Below, piece by piece: positions 49,712 to 60,236 of a DNA stretch of 64,000 nt (its first letter is position 1; the number at the start of each line of letters is the position of its first letter). The stretch is from assembly GCA_965249575.1 (NCBI GenBank), contig OZ252244.1, positions 672,001-736,000 on the forward strand, in the 5' to 3' direction. This stretch comes from Gemmatimonadales bacterium. Lineage in GTDB: Bacteria; Gemmatimonadota; Gemmatimonadetes; Gemmatimonadales; GWC2-71-9. Position numbers and translations under genes: made by a program. The notes under the pieces were generated by a model, which was not told where the DNA came from, made no database searches, and worked only from the letters and a program-made list of their open reading frames with translations.

Positions 49712-50968
49712 TTACCCGCGGGTCGACGCCCGAGACCAGGTATCGGGCAGGACGAGCACCAAGAGGGTATAGAATTCGAGGCGGCCCAGCAGCATAAGTC
49801 CCGTCAGGGTCACATGGGCAGCCGGACCAACGTCACCATAGTGGGCGGCCGGACCGACTGCCCCCAGTCCGGGCCCGATGCTCGACATCGCGGCCAGCGC
49901 CGCGCTCCCGGCCGTAACCAGGTCGCTGCCAAGTCCGGTCAGCACCAGCGTGCCGACCGCATGGGTCGCCACGTAGAGCGCAAGGAATGCCATGACGTTC
50001 ATGAGCGCTTCCGGCCGCACCGCTGTCTTTCCGACCCGGGTGACGATGACGGCCCGCGGATGTAGGACCTTCCGTATCTCTCCCACCGCATGCTGTGTCA
50101 TGACAACGAACCGCACAACCTTGAACCCGCCCCCGGTGGACCCGCCCATCGCACCGACGAACATGAAGCCGAGGAGGAGTGCCTGCAGAACGGTCGGCCA
50201 CACACCGAAATCCGATACGACGAACCCAGTCGTGGTCGCCACCGACACGACGCTGAACGTCGCCGCACGAAGGGACTCCAGGCTCCAGTCTCCACTGGAC
50301 AACCCCAGCACGAGAAACGCGATCAGGGAGCCGCCCGCGGCGCATGTCGCGAACCATCGCCATTCGACGTCGCGTAGCCACGCACCGGGGCTACCAGTCA
50401 TCACACGGTAGTGCAACGTGAAGTTCGTTCCGGCCAAAAGCATGAACGCGACGGTCACCCACTGAATCGCGTGCGAGTAGACGCCGATCGAGCCGCTTCG
50501 CGTCGAAAAGCCCCCCGTGGCGAGCGTGCTCATCGCATGATTCGCCGCGTCGAACACCGACATGCCCAGAGCCAGGTAAATCACGCCCAGTACGGCTGTC
50601 ATCGACGCGTACACGACCCAGAGTAACCGTGCCGTCGACGCGATCCGCGGTTTCAGACGGTCGGTCGCGATCCCGGGTGCCTCAGCGTGGAATAGCTGCG
50701 CGCCACCCACTCCGAGCAGGGGAAGGATCGCCACGCCCAGCACGATGATTCCCATGCCGCCGAGCCAGTGGCTGACGCTGCGCCACAGGAGGACACTCCG
50801 CGGCAGTGCCTCGATGGTGGCGAAGACAGTGGCCCCGGTCGTGGTGAACCCAGAGGCCGACTCGAACAGAGCCGCCGCGAGGGTTGGCACGACACCGGTC
50901 GTCATAAACGGGATACTGCCAGCCGCGACGACGGCGAGTCGAGCACGCCCCCGCACATTGGCCCACAC
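49712..50968 (-). CDS. trkH: TrkH family K+ uptake membrane protein, N-terminus apparently missing
   Basis: FESASGFTTTG, WLGGMG, TGGFS, TTTGF, GSTGGGFK and GRLE motifs. Confidence 0.88.
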   Translation of the reverse strand: MWANVRGRARLAVVAAGSIPFMTTGVVPTLAAALFESASGFTTTGATVFATIEALPRSVLLWRSVSHWLGGMGIIVLGVAILPLLGVGGAQLFHAEAPGIATDRLKPRIASTARLLWVVYASMTAVLGVIYLALGMSVFDAANHAMSTLATGGFSTRSGSIGVYSHAIQWVTVAFMLLAGTNFTLHYRVMTGSPGAWLRDVEWRWFATCAAGGSLIAFLVLGLSSGDWSLESLRAATFSVVSVATTTGFVVSDFGVWPTVLQALLLGFMFVGAMGGSTGGGFKVVRFVVMTQHAVGEIRKVLHPRAVIVTRVGKTAVRPEALMNVMAFLALYVATHAVGTLVLTGLGSDLVTAGSAALAAMSSIGPGLGAVGPAAHYGDVGPAAHVTLTGLMLLGRLEFYTLLVLVLPDTWSRASTRG

Positions 50969-51013
50969 GGTCTGCTGATGCGCTTGTTCATCGGGACGGA
51001 GATCTCGCCGGGG

Positions 51014-51892
51014 TCACGTGAGGATGGCACGCTGCGCTCGCTGGCGTCTGGCAAGGTCATATGTCTCGGCAACCTCCCCGCCGATGAGAAACACGCAGGC
51101 CGTGTAGTACACCCAGAATACGAATAACAGTACGGCGATGACGTTCGCGTTGGAGTACAGCCGGTCCAGTGTCGCGAACTCGCTCAGGTACAAAGCAAAC
51201 AGGCGTTTCATCAACTCGAAGGCCAGCGACGCAACGCCGGCCGCGATGAGCGCCGTGTCCCAACTCACCGTACGACTGGGGGCGATGCTATAAATCATGA
51301 AGAAGAGAATTACGCCAAAACCAAACCCCGACACCACGCCAAAGAGCGGCTGAAACCCTCCAGGGACGAACGAGGACGCGGAGATACCCGCATTCGCCGC
51401 GAACAGGGCCGCGGAGGCGACGACCAAGAACAGGTCTTGGGCGAGCCCAATGATCCACGGGCGGGACTCCTGGATATCGAACACCTCGTTGAGCGCCGCC
51501 CGGACCGAGCTGAACAGCCGCGTGGCGAACCACAGAAAGAACGGTACGCCATACAGCGAAAGCTGTCCCCGGCTCGCGACCAGTGTGGAGATCACCTGCT
51601 CGACGCGGGCGAACGGATCGTCCACACCCGACTCGCGGGCGGGGAGCACCTGCCCTAGGAGTGTTCCGAGATCCCGTAGCGTCTCGCCCCCGGCCGTGTG
51701 CAGGAAATACCCGATCCCGGCAAGGGAGAGTAGGATGAAGGGGAGCAGGGCCAGCAGGGCATCGAAACTGAGGGCGCTGGCCAAGAAAAACACGTTGTCT
51801 TCGTAGGCGGCTACCGCGACCCGCCGAACGAACCCGAGGGGAGAAAACGCCCATCCGCGTCGCGCGTCGGCAGGCGGAGGGGCGGCGACCAC
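51014..51892 (-). CDS. YihY/virulence factor BrkB family membrane protein
   Basis: ASALSF..LLALLP, ALN, and WVYY....LIGGE motifs. Confidence 0.9.
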   Translation of the reverse strand: MVAAPPPADARRGWAFSPLGFVRRVAVAAYEDNVFFLASALSFDALLALLPFILLSLAGIGYFLHTAGGETLRDLGTLLGQVLPARESGVDDPFARVEQVISTLVASRGQLSLYGVPFFLWFATRLFSSVRAALNEVFDIQESRPWIIGLAQDLFLVVASAALFAANAGISASSFVPGGFQPLFGVVSGFGFGVILFFMIYSIAPSRTVSWDTALIAAGVASLAFELMKRLFALYLSEFATLDRLYSNANVIAVLLFVFWVYYTACVFLIGGEVAETYDLARRQRAQRAILT

Positions 51893-51901
51893 GCTCGTTT
51901 T

Positions 51902-52330
51902 TTAGACCGCCGGCTCGTCGGCCTCGGCCTTCCGAGCCTTGGTGCGTGCCGAGCGTGCCTTGGCAAGGCGCCGCTCCAATTCACCGCGCGCCGAATGGAC
52001 CGCCGCCTTGCCTACATCCAGCGCGTCGGTCGCCGCGGTGCGCTTCTCGTCGACCGCTTCCCGGGCAGACACGACGCCTTCTTCGATCTTTGCCTTGGTC
52101 CGCTCGACGCCGCCCGACCAGATTTCCTGCAACTGCTCGGCTGTCTCCTCCGCGGCCGTCACCAGCTCCCGGCCTTTGTTCTTGAGGACCCTTCGAGTAT
52201 CCTCACCGGTCCTTGGCGCCCACAGCAACGCCAGGGCGGCGCCTGCCATCGCCCCCAGTGCAAACGCTGCGAGCCCGCCATCCGATTTCTCGATAATTAC
52301 GACCGGTCTGTCGTCGGCTATCCGTGTCAT
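51902..52330 (-). CDS. YtxH domain protein
   Basis: GAMAGAALALLWAPRTGEDTR motif; RBS GGAGG. Confidence 0.9.
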   Translation of the reverse strand: MTRIADDRPVVIIEKSDGGLAAFALGAMAGAALALLWAPRTGEDTRRVLKNKGRELVTAAEETAEQLQEIWSGGVERTKAKIEEGVVSAREAVDEKRTAATDALDVGKAAVHSARGELERRLAKARSARTKARKAEADEPAV

Positions 52331-52428
52331 TGCACCTCCGTACCGCACGCGCGGCTGCGGCACCACACCATCAAAACGATCCGCGAACACTCACCAGTGC
52401 TGAATCTAGTATGCTCGCCAGCGCGGCG

Positions 52429-53202
52429 TCAAAGCGCGATGGAGATCCCATCGCAAGCGGGCTCGATGCCAGTTGGCAGCTTCGCTGCGAGTTCCCGGTG
52501 ACTCAACCGATGCGTCAGGTGAGTCAGGAGCGTCCGTTCCGCTCCAATCGCCTGGGCCACCTCCACGGCTTCGGGGATCGACAGATGAGTCGGGTGCGGA
52601 CGCTCCAGGAGCGCATTGAGCACCAACACCCGTAGCCCCTGCAGACGCTCCATGGCTTCGGGCGTGACGCTCTTCACGTCTGTTACATACCCGAGCGCAC
52701 CGATGCGATAGCCATACACCCGCATCGTCCCGTGGTCGAATTCGAGCGGCAACACCGGCAAACCGGCCACCGATGTCTCTTGGCCCGGCTCCAGAGGGAC
52801 CGTTGCGAGCTCGGGCTTCGTAGTTCCGTGTGGAGGAACGATCGCGTCGTCGAAAATGTAGCTGAACCGAGTCCGCAGCCGTTCGAGCATCTCAGGGGGA
52901 CCGTACACCGGCAGGCGGTTCCCGCGCGCCGATACCGCGCGCAGATCGTCGATCCCGTGTACGTGGTCAGCATGGTCGTGCGTGAACAGCACGGCATCGA
53001 GATTGCTCACCCCAGCCGCGAGCAGCTGCAGGCGCAGCTCCGGAGGAGTATCGATGAGAATCCGCTGTCCATCGTCACCCTCGACGATGGCCGCTACCCG
53101 CGTCCTCCGATCGCGTGGATCGGTCGACCGGCAGACCGCACAGTCACAACCGATCTGAGGGACTCCGAACGACGTGCCTGATCCCAATACGACCAACCGC
53201 AT
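52429..53202 (-). CDS. MBL-fold metallo-hydrolase (PhnP-like)
   Basis: LGSGTS.GVP.IGC.C.VC and THDHADH motifs. Confidence 0.93.
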   Translation of the reverse strand: MRLVVLGSGTSFGVPQIGCDCAVCRSTDPRDRRTRVAAIVEGDDGQRILIDTPPELRLQLLAAGVSNLDAVLFTHDHADHVHGIDDLRAVSARGNRLPVYGPPEMLERLRTRFSYIFDDAIVPPHGTTKPELATVPLEPGQETSVAGLPVLPLEFDHGTMRVYGYRIGALGYVTDVKSVTPEAMERLQGLRVLVLNALLERPHPTHLSIPEAVEVAQAIGAERTLLTHLTHRLSHRELAAKLPTGIEPACDGISIAL

Positions 53203-53204
53203 CG

Positions 53205-54635
53205 TTATACCGTTTCGACCTTGAGCAGGTTGGTCGTTCCCGAAACCTCGAAGGGTACACCCGCGGTGACCACGATCAGTTCCCCGGGTCGAACATACTC
53301 CCGAGCCAGCAACGTCTCGCGGGCTACGTCGAGCATCGCATCGTAGTTGGGCACTCGATCGGCGAGCTCGGGAACGACGCCCCATACGAGAGCGAGATGC
53401 CGGCAGGTGCTCGACTCGGTGGAGAGAGCGACGATCGGTACGCGGGGCCGGTGCGCGGCGATCTTGCGGGCGGTGAACCCGCTCTTGGTAAAGCACACGA
53501 TGAGTGGCACGTCCAGCATTTCGGCCGCCGCAGACGTTGCGAGCGCAATCGCATCCTCCACGGCCACACCCTCACCCTCACGCACCGCCAAGTGGTCGGT
53601 TCGACGCCGGCTCGCCATCGGGTCGTCGCCACCCCGCTCGATCTCAACGATGATCCGGGCCATGGCGTGGACGGCATCCACCGGGTAATCACCGATCGCG
53701 GTCTCAGCGGAGAGCATGACCGCATCCGTCCCATCCAGAATGGCATTGGCGACGTCGGATGCTTCCGCACGGGTCGGGCGCGGATGCTGTACCATCGATT
53801 CGAGCATCTGGGTGGCCGTAATGACGGCCTTCCCCCCCTCGTTCGCCCGACGAATGATGCGTTTTTGTACTAGCGGTACCTCTTCGAACAGCAGCTCCAC
53901 CCCGAGATCTCCTCGGGCGACCATCAAGACATCGCTCACCCGGAGGATCCCGGCGAGGTCCTCGAGCGCGGCCGCTTTCTCGATCTTGGCCACGACGCGA
54001 ACAGCGTCCGGTAGGTGCTTCCGGACCGCTTCGACGTCGGCCGGCCGGCGAACGAACGAGACACCGATGTAGTCTGCTCCATGCAAGAGCGCGTGCGCGA
54101 TGTCTTCCTCGTCCTTGGCCGTAAGAGACGGTGCGCTGACGTGGACGCCAGGCAGATTGATACCCTTGTGACTCTTGAGGACACCGCCATACCGAACTGT
54201 GCCTCGCACCCGGTCTCGGCGAATCTCCACGACCTCGACGGACAGGAGCCCGTCATCGAGCAGAATGCGAGACCCCGGCTCCACGTCTTCGGCCAAGGCG
54301 GTGTACGTGGTAGGAATCTGATCGCCCGTTGCCTCGGGCTCGGGGGCGAACTCGACCGTGTCCCCCGGCTCAAGCGTCCGTGGCGTGTCGAGATCCCCGA
54401 CCCGGATCCGCGGGCCCTGGAGATCCACCAGCAATGCCACCGGCCGCCCAGCCTCTTCGCGCATAGACCGAACGAGCTCCATCCACTCACCGCGTACCTC
54501 GGCCGACCCGTGCGAACTGTTGACACGGATGACGTCGACCCCAGCGTCGATCATTGCTCGGAGCGTCTCCGGCGCGGCACAGGCCGGACCGATGGTCGCT
54601 ACGATCTTGGTGCGGCGAAATCCGCCTTTGCTCAT
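53205..54635 (-). CDS. pyk: Pyruvate kinase
   Basis: RTKIVATIGPA, DLQGP, AKIE, MVARGDLG and ATQMLESM motifs. Confidence 0.97.
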   Translation of the reverse strand: MSKGGFRRTKIVATIGPACAAPETLRAMIDAGVDVIRVNSSHGSAEVRGEWMELVRSMREEAGRPVALLVDLQGPRIRVGDLDTPRTLEPGDTVEFAPEPEATGDQIPTTYTALAEDVEPGSRILLDDGLLSVEVVEIRRDRVRGTVRYGGVLKSHKGINLPGVHVSAPSLTAKDEEDIAHALLHGADYIGVSFVRRPADVEAVRKHLPDAVRVVAKIEKAAALEDLAGILRVSDVLMVARGDLGVELLFEEVPLVQKRIIRRANEGGKAVITATQMLESMVQHPRPTRAEASDVANAILDGTDAVMLSAETAIGDYPVDAVHAMARIIVEIERGGDDPMASRRRTDHLAVREGEGVAVEDAIALATSAAAEMLDVPLIVCFTKSGFTARKIAAHRPRVPIVALSTESSTCRHLALVWGVVPELADRVPNYDAMLDVARETLLAREYVRPGELIVVTAGVPFEVSGTTNLLKVETV

Positions 54636-55411
54636 CGACTGGCCTCCGCGCATGCCGCCGCGGCGGCGAGCGCCGATAGAGCCGCTCCCGCCGTGGACGG
54701 CCACCAAACATCCGCCCGCGTGGAGAGCGGTGTCGACGACGGATTGATCTCGATCACCGCCGCCCCGGCCCCCGCGGCTTCGGACGGTAGTCCGGCCGCT
54801 GGGTAGACCAGCGATGACGTTCCGACCACGAGGAGTACATCACATCGGCGCACCGCCGCGACTGCGCGAGCGAGCACGTCCGCGTGCAACGCCTCTCCGA
54901 ACCATACCACACCGGGTCGAATCGGGCTCCCACACGTCGGGCAGGAGGGCGGTACGACCTCCTCGTCACCGCTCACGGTCAGCGCATCGAGCGTTCCCGG
55001 GTCAAACGGATGCCCTCCATCGGCACATCGGAAAGCCTCGAGGGATCCGTGCAGCTCTATCACGTTTTGGCTTCCCGCGCGGCGATGCAAACCGTCGACG
55101 TTTTGCGTCACGACGGTCGCTTCGTCGTACCGCGCCGCCAGGGTTACGAGCGCGTGGTACCCGCCGTGCGGTGTAGCCTCGCTCACCTGACGGCGGCGCG
55201 CGAGGTACCATCCGAACACCCGAGCGGGAGAACGGCGAAAGGCCTCTAGCGTCGCCATCTCTTCCGGTCGGTATCGGGCCCACAGACCGGTCAGGGCCTC
55301 GCGAAAGGTCGCGATGCCCGATTCGTGCGACATGCCGGCCCCGGTCAGAACGACGAGACGTCGTGCACCCAGCACGTGTTTCAGCGCTCCCGGATGGACG
55401 GGCTCAGTCAT
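54632..55411 (-). CDS. cobB: NAD-dependent protein deacylase (sirtuin)
   Basis: GAGMS.ESGI.TFR, TQNVDGLH, HGS, RPGVVWFGE and GTS motifs. Confidence 0.95.
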   Translation of the reverse strand: MTEPVHPGALKHVLGARRLVVLTGAGMSHESGIATFREALTGLWARYRPEEMATLEAFRRSPARVFGWYLARRRQVSEATPHGGYHALVTLAARYDEATVVTQNVDGLHRRAGSQNVIELHGSLEAFRCADGGHPFDPGTLDALTVSGDEEVVPPSCPTCGSPIRPGVVWFGEALHADVLARAVAAVRRCDVLLVVGTSSLVYPAAGLPSEAAGAGAAVIEINPSSTPLSTRADVWWPSTAGAALSALAAAAACAEASR

Positions 55412-55436
55412 CGCGTCGTCAGCCCGAAACCGTTCG

Positions 55437-55645
55437 GTTTCCACGTTCCCACATCCTGTCGACATCACCCATCCACACGGCGTTCACAAGTCATGCTCGA
55501 GGGCTGTGGAATTCTTCGAAGTGTCAAACAACGCGAAATCAACACGTGGGGAAGAATGACGTAAGCCCATGAGTTCCGGTGGGTTCTCTCTCGAGTAATC
55601 CACACGGCCGAGGGGACTATCGACAGGGGAGGGAGGTTGTCAACA
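55437..55645. promoter_or_regulatory. Cluster of DnaA-box-like 9-mers (candidate oriC or DnaA-binding locus)
   Basis: About 11 matches with 1-3 mismatches to TTWTNCACA in about 210 bp, e.g. TAATCCACA 55596, CCATCCACA 55469, TTGTCAACA 55637, TGTGGAATT 55505. Confidence 0.55.
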
Positions 55646-55651
55646 GCCCCG

Positions 55652-56890
55652 CTACCGCGAGGCCCCAGCAGGGGCGGCCGCCGGATAGTTCCGCCCAACA
55701 TACTCGTCGAGAATCGCAAGGAACTCGCGGGCGATCGCGTCACCCTTGAGCGTGACCGCCAGTTGCCCATCGATAAAAACGGGCGCCTTCGGCTCCTCGG
55801 CCGTACCCGGCAGGGAGATGCCGATATCGGCGTGCTTGGATTCGCCAGGTCCGTTCACCACACATCCCATCACCGCCACCTTCATTCGCTCGACCCCCGG
55901 ATGCCGGCGTTTCCAGACCGGCATTTGGTCCACGAGGTATCCCTGGATCTCCGCCGCGAGCTCCTGAAAGAACGTGGACGTCGTCCGGCCGCAACCGGGA
56001 CAAGCCGTGACCTGCGGCGAGAAGGCACGTAGCCCGAGCGACTGAAGCATTTGCTGCGCGATACGAACCTCTTCGGTCCGATCACCCCCGGGATTGGGCG
56101 TGAGGGAGACGCGAATCGTGTCACCGATCCCCTCCTGCAGCAGGATGGACATACCGGCCGTACTCGCCACGATGCCCTTTGCGCCCATCCCCGCCTCGGT
56201 AAGGCCCAAGTGCAACGCGTAGTCACACTGCGCCGCGAGGGTGCGGTATACCGTCAGGAGGTCCTGCACGGCCGACACCTTGGCGGACAGCACGATTCGA
56301 TCGTGGGTAAGGCCTACCTCTTCTGCGAACCGGGCGGACCGCAAGGCGCTCTCGACCATGGCGTTCGCGGTCACCTCCCGAGCATCCACGGGCTCAGCGC
56401 TACGGCTGTTCTCGTCCATCATTTCGGTGAGCAACGCCCGGTCTAGCGAGCCCCAATTCACCCCGATCCGAATGGGTTTGTCATTGGCGAGGGCGATTTC
56501 GACGATGGCCCGAAAGTTCTCGTCCCGCCGCTTGCCGCCCACATTGCCGGGATTGATCCGATACTTGGCCAAGAGACCGGCACATTCAGGAAACCGCTCG
56601 AGCAAGAGGTGGCCGTTGTAGTGAAAATCTCCGACGATCGGCACGTTGACGCCGGAGTCGACGAGCCGCTCTACGATTTCCGGTACGGCCCGGGCGGCAG
56701 CATCGTTGTTGACGGTAACCCGAACGATCTCACTGCCCGCTCGGGAGAGGGCCATCACCTGATCGACCGTGGCGGCAGTGTTCGCCGTATCCGTATTGGT
56801 CATCGACTGCACAACGATCGGGTGCGGACTCCCGACGGGGACTCCGTCGACTTGAACGGTGGTGGTGGGCCTGCGCGCCGGGCGACTCAT
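55652..56890 (-). CDS. ispG: (E)-4-hydroxy-3-methylbut-2-enyl-diphosphate synthase
   Basis: [35 protein letters not shown] and [10 protein letters not shown] motifs. Confidence 0.97.
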   Translation of the reverse strand: MSRPARRPTTTVQVDGVPVGSPHPIVVQSMTNTDTANTAATVDQVMALSRAGSEIVRVTVNNDAAARAVPEIVERLVDSGVNVPIVGDFHYNGHLLLERFPECAGLLAKYRINPGNVGGKRRDENFRAIVEIALANDKPIRIGVNWGSLDRALLTEMMDENSRSAEPVDAREVTANAMVESALRSARFAEEVGLTHDRIVLSAKVSAVQDLLTVYRTLAAQCDYALHLGLTEAGMGAKGIVASTAGMSILLQEGIGDTIRVSLTPNPGGDRTEEVRIAQQMLQSLGLRAFSPQVTACPGCGRTTSTFFQELAAEIQGYLVDQMPVWKRRHPGVERMKVAVMGCVVNGPGESKHADIGISLPGTAEEPKAPVFIDGQLAVTLKGDAIAREFLAILDEYVGRNYPAAAPAGASR

Positions 56891-57045
56891 AACAGGTGAG
56901 GAAATATAAGTGCGTGGGGAAGTGGGCGGAGAGCCGCAATGACCCATCGCGCACCAGGCGGGGTGACCGGAGCGCTATTCCAGAGGAGGCCCGGGTGGCG
57001 ACGCGCACCTGGTTCCGCCGACCCGCCCGGACCGCCGATCCGGAT

Positions 57046-57408
57046 TCAGCAGGGTCCGGACCAGTCGACGGGGAACGTGCTCTGGCACGCGGGACAGATC
57101 ATCTCGGCATCGTCGGGGTTGACGTTCGTGCGGCAGCGGCACCGTGGACAGACCGCGTAGATAGGCCCCAGGTGCGCATCGCTCGCGCGTCTGGCCGCTG
57201 GATCCGTCGGATTTCGCCGGACGACGCTCCAGGTGCCGGGCTCGGACTCGGAAAACTCGAGGCCGGCTCGATCTACGGGCACGTTCTTCTTGTTGACATC
57301 GAGAACGACTATCGACGGCTTGGAGTCGTTGACGACCGAGTACCACGCACCTCGTCGTAGCCCGTGCGCTCCCCTGGTCTTGACCCGCGCCCATTTGCTT
57401 GGACTCAT
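57046..57408 (-). CDS. Hypothetical protein with C-terminal Zn ribbon
   Basis: RBS GGAGG; CPRC...CPAC. Confidence 0.75.
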   Translation of the reverse strand: MSPSKWARVKTRGAHGLRRGAWYSVVNDSKPSIVVLDVNKKNVPVDRAGLEFSESEPGTWSVVRRNPTDPAARRASDAHLGPIYAVCPRCRCRTNVNPDDAEMICPACQSTFPVDWSGPC

Positions 57409-57583
57409 GGCCAGCCTCCCTCAAACCCGAGGCCGAAGACGGCCCGCGTGCTTACACCACTAGCGGCACTATATGCCGGACGGACTCCCGACGCCAGAGC
57501 CCCAACACACGCGAAACGGGGCGTGCTGCCCGCGCGCGCCCCGCTGTCGACTCGACCGACTTGGCTCCCCGTTTCGGGTAGGT

Positions 57584-60073
57584 CTACCCGCACTCGCTGT
57601 AACCGCATACGTGGCATTTCACGCAACCCTCGGCAAACTCGAGCTGCGAGCCACAATCCGGGCAGGCGCCGACGAAGTGCTCTTCCTGCTCGGGCTCGAA
57701 GCGGTCGAACAACTCCCCGCGTGGGCCTGGCTCGGATCTGGCCCGCATCACGACCGCCGAGTCCGCGTCGTCGAGAAGGTCCTGCTGCACCCCCTGCTTT
57801 TCCTGAATCCACTTCTCAATCGCGATGCCGATCGCGTCGGGAACGGAGAGCACTTTATTTGGTCCGAGGCCCGATACCCGATCGGAAGAAATCCCACGCA
57901 GCTGCCGGTGCAGCTCCTGCATCGGGACGCCGGACCGGAGCGCGAGGGAAATGAGCCGCCCGATTGCTTCCACGTCGGCAAACAAGGGACCGCCAGCCTT
58001 CCCGAGACTCATGAAGATCTCGAATGGCTGCCCCTTCTCGTCCTCGGTGATCGTGACGTACATCGTGCCGAGTGGCGTCTCCAGCCGCCGAGTCGACCCC
58101 TTTAGCAGTTCCGGCCTCGAGCGTTTAGCCCGTCGCTGCAGGTTCTCGCTCTCGACCTCATGGAGCTGTTTCCTGGTGCGGCCAAGCTCGGCCTCGAGCT
58201 CGGCGATCGTCGCCTTAAGCTCTGCGACGATAGCGACCGGCGGAGCCTCCTCGCCACTGGCCGCCTTCTGGGCCTGCACCTTCCTCGCGGTCGTACCGGT
58301 GGAGAGTACCTGCATTTCCCTGCTTCCATCCCGGTAGACCGTCACGCCCTTGCAACCCAGCGCGTAAGCCAGCTCGTAGATCCGGCGCACATCACCCTCG
58401 ACTGCGTCCTGGTGAAAGTTGCACGTCTTGCTGATCGCACTGTCGGTGTACTCCTGAAACGCCGCTTGCATGCGGATGTGCCACTCGGGGCTCACGTCGT
58501 GCGCCGTCACAAACGTGTGCTGCCAGCCTTCCGGAACATCGTCGAAGTGGATGTGCCCGGCTTCGGCGACGCGCTCGATGAGCCGCTCGGAAAACCAGCC
58601 TTCTTGCGTCGCAATCGCGACGAAATCGTCATTGACGTCGGGCATGATGACGCCGGCTTGATTGCGCATGAACGCCACTGCGAACAGCGGCTCGATGCCG
58701 GACGAGCATCCCGCGATGATCGAGATTGTCCCGGTCGGGGCCACCGTCGTGAGGTTGCAGTTCCTCAGGCGCCGCATCGGCCGGATGCGGTTCCCAGCGG
58801 GGTCACGCGCGCACGAGCCATCAGGACCCCAGATGCTTCGCTCCCACTCCGGGAAGACGCCTCGCTGCGCCGCCAGGCGTTCGCTTTCAACCTTCGCTTC
58901 CTCGTCGATGAAGCCCATGAGCTTGCGGCCCCACTCGACACCTTCCTCGCTGTTATACGGGACTCCCAGTCTGATCAGGAAGTCTGCCCAGCCCATGACC
59001 CCGAGTCCAATGCGGCGAATGCGGTGCGCGAGGTCCGTGATCGCCGGGAGGGGATACTTGTTAGCATCGATGACGTTGTCGAGAAAGTGGGTGCAGAGGT
59101 GCACGGCTTTGCGGAGGCCGTCCCAATCCACTTCGCCTCCGCGGACGAACAGACCCACATTGATGGACCCCAGGTTGCACACGTCGTACGGGAGGAGCGG
59201 TTGCTCCCCACACGGATTTGTGGCCTCGTAGCTCCCGAGGTGGGGCACGGGATTGTAGTGGTTGGCCCGATCGATGAAGTAGACGCCTGGCTCGCCGGTC
59301 TTCCACGCGCCGTGCACGATCTTGTCAAAGACATCTCGCGCCGGCAACCGGCCCACCGGCTCGCTGGTACGCGGATGCAGGAGATCGTAGTCGGTTCCGG
59401 CCGCGACCGCGCGTATGAACGCATCCGTCAGCGCGACCGATATGTTGAAGTTGGTGACTTTGGTGATGTCGTCCTTACAGGTGATGAACTCCACGATGTC
59501 CGGGTGGTCGACCCGAAGAATCCCCATGTTGGCTCCGCGCCGGGTGCCGCCCTGCTTGACCACATCGGTGGACGCGTCGTACAGCGACATGAATGACACC
59601 GGCCCCGATGCGACGCCCATGGTCGATCGAACGACGTCGTTCTGCGGTCGGAGCTGCGAGAAAGAGAATCCCGTTCCACCACCCGACTGGTGCACGAGCG
59701 CCATGTCCCGGAGCGTGTCGTAAATCCCGCTGCGGCCGTTGGACAACGCGTCGTCCACCGGGAGCACGAAGCACGCCGAGAGTTGCCCGAGGGGTCGCCC
59801 AGCGTTCATGAGGGTGGGGCTGTTTGGCATCCACACCCGCGACGCCATGAGATCGTAGAAGGCCTCGGCAACCGCCTCCACGGCGCCCCGGCTGGCTCCG
59901 TAGGTCGCTTCCGGCTCCGCGATGGTCGTGGCGACACGCCAGAACAGATCTTCCGGGGCCTCGACTAGCTCGCCGTGCTCGTCCTTAACGAGATATCGGC
60001 GTCCCAAGACGGTGAGTGCGTTGTCCGTGAGTCCCAGTGGAGCCCGTTTCCGCGTGTCGCCGGCAATGCCCAT
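57584..60073 (-). CDS. nrdJ: Vitamin B12-dependent (class II) ribonucleotide reductase with TSCPD domain
   Basis: PNSPTLMNAG, SAC, NPCGEQ, APTGTIS and C-terminal Cys cluster (CPDC..CHVCGYSECG). Confidence 0.95.
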   Translation of the reverse strand: MGIAGDTRKRAPLGLTDNALTVLGRRYLVKDEHGELVEAPEDLFWRVATTIAEPEATYGASRGAVEAVAEAFYDLMASRVWMPNSPTLMNAGRPLGQLSACFVLPVDDALSNGRSGIYDTLRDMALVHQSGGGTGFSFSQLRPQNDVVRSTMGVASGPVSFMSLYDASTDVVKQGGTRRGANMGILRVDHPDIVEFITCKDDITKVTNFNISVALTDAFIRAVAAGTDYDLLHPRTSEPVGRLPARDVFDKIVHGAWKTGEPGVYFIDRANHYNPVPHLGSYEATNPCGEQPLLPYDVCNLGSINVGLFVRGGEVDWDGLRKAVHLCTHFLDNVIDANKYPLPAITDLAHRIRRIGLGVMGWADFLIRLGVPYNSEEGVEWGRKLMGFIDEEAKVESERLAAQRGVFPEWERSIWGPDGSCARDPAGNRIRPMRRLRNCNLTTVAPTGTISIIAGCSSGIEPLFAVAFMRNQAGVIMPDVNDDFVAIATQEGWFSERLIERVAEAGHIHFDDVPEGWQHTFVTAHDVSPEWHIRMQAAFQEYTDSAISKTCNFHQDAVEGDVRRIYELAYALGCKGVTVYRDGSREMQVLSTGTTARKVQAQKAASGEEAPPVAIVAELKATIAELEAELGRTRKQLHEVESENLQRRAKRSRPELLKGSTRRLETPLGTMYVTITEDEKGQPFEIFMSLGKAGGPLFADVEAIGRLISLALRSGVPMQELHRQLRGISSDRVSGLGPNKVLSVPDAIGIAIEKWIQEKQGVQQDLLDDADSAVVMRARSEPGPRGELFDRFEPEQEEHFVGACPDCGSQLEFAEGCVKCHVCGYSECG

Positions 60074-60236
60074 GGTGGCTTTCCGTCCAAGCTCGGAGGG
60101 TGACTGGCCTGCTCTCTCAATCTAATGCAAGACGTGCGGGGCGTTTCTTGGTGCGGGGGAAGAAAGTAGAAACTTCGAGGAGCCAGGCAAGTGGGTCCGA
60201 AAGTCTGCGAACCATCAGGCCTATCGAGTGTTCACA

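Noticed and set aside
54632..55411. Sirtuin as an anti-phage SIR2 effector
   Set aside because: It is a canonical CobB deacylase coupled to pyk, with no defence partners.
58160..59596. Long antisense/alternate-frame ORFs (e.g. 58160-59596, 9726-10925, 45518-46567, 47899-48921)
   Set aside because: Shadow ORFs expected in high-GC DNA opposite well-supported genes.
60074..60236. NrdR boxes or a cobalamin riboswitch upstream of nrdJ
   Set aside because: No recognisable consensus seen.
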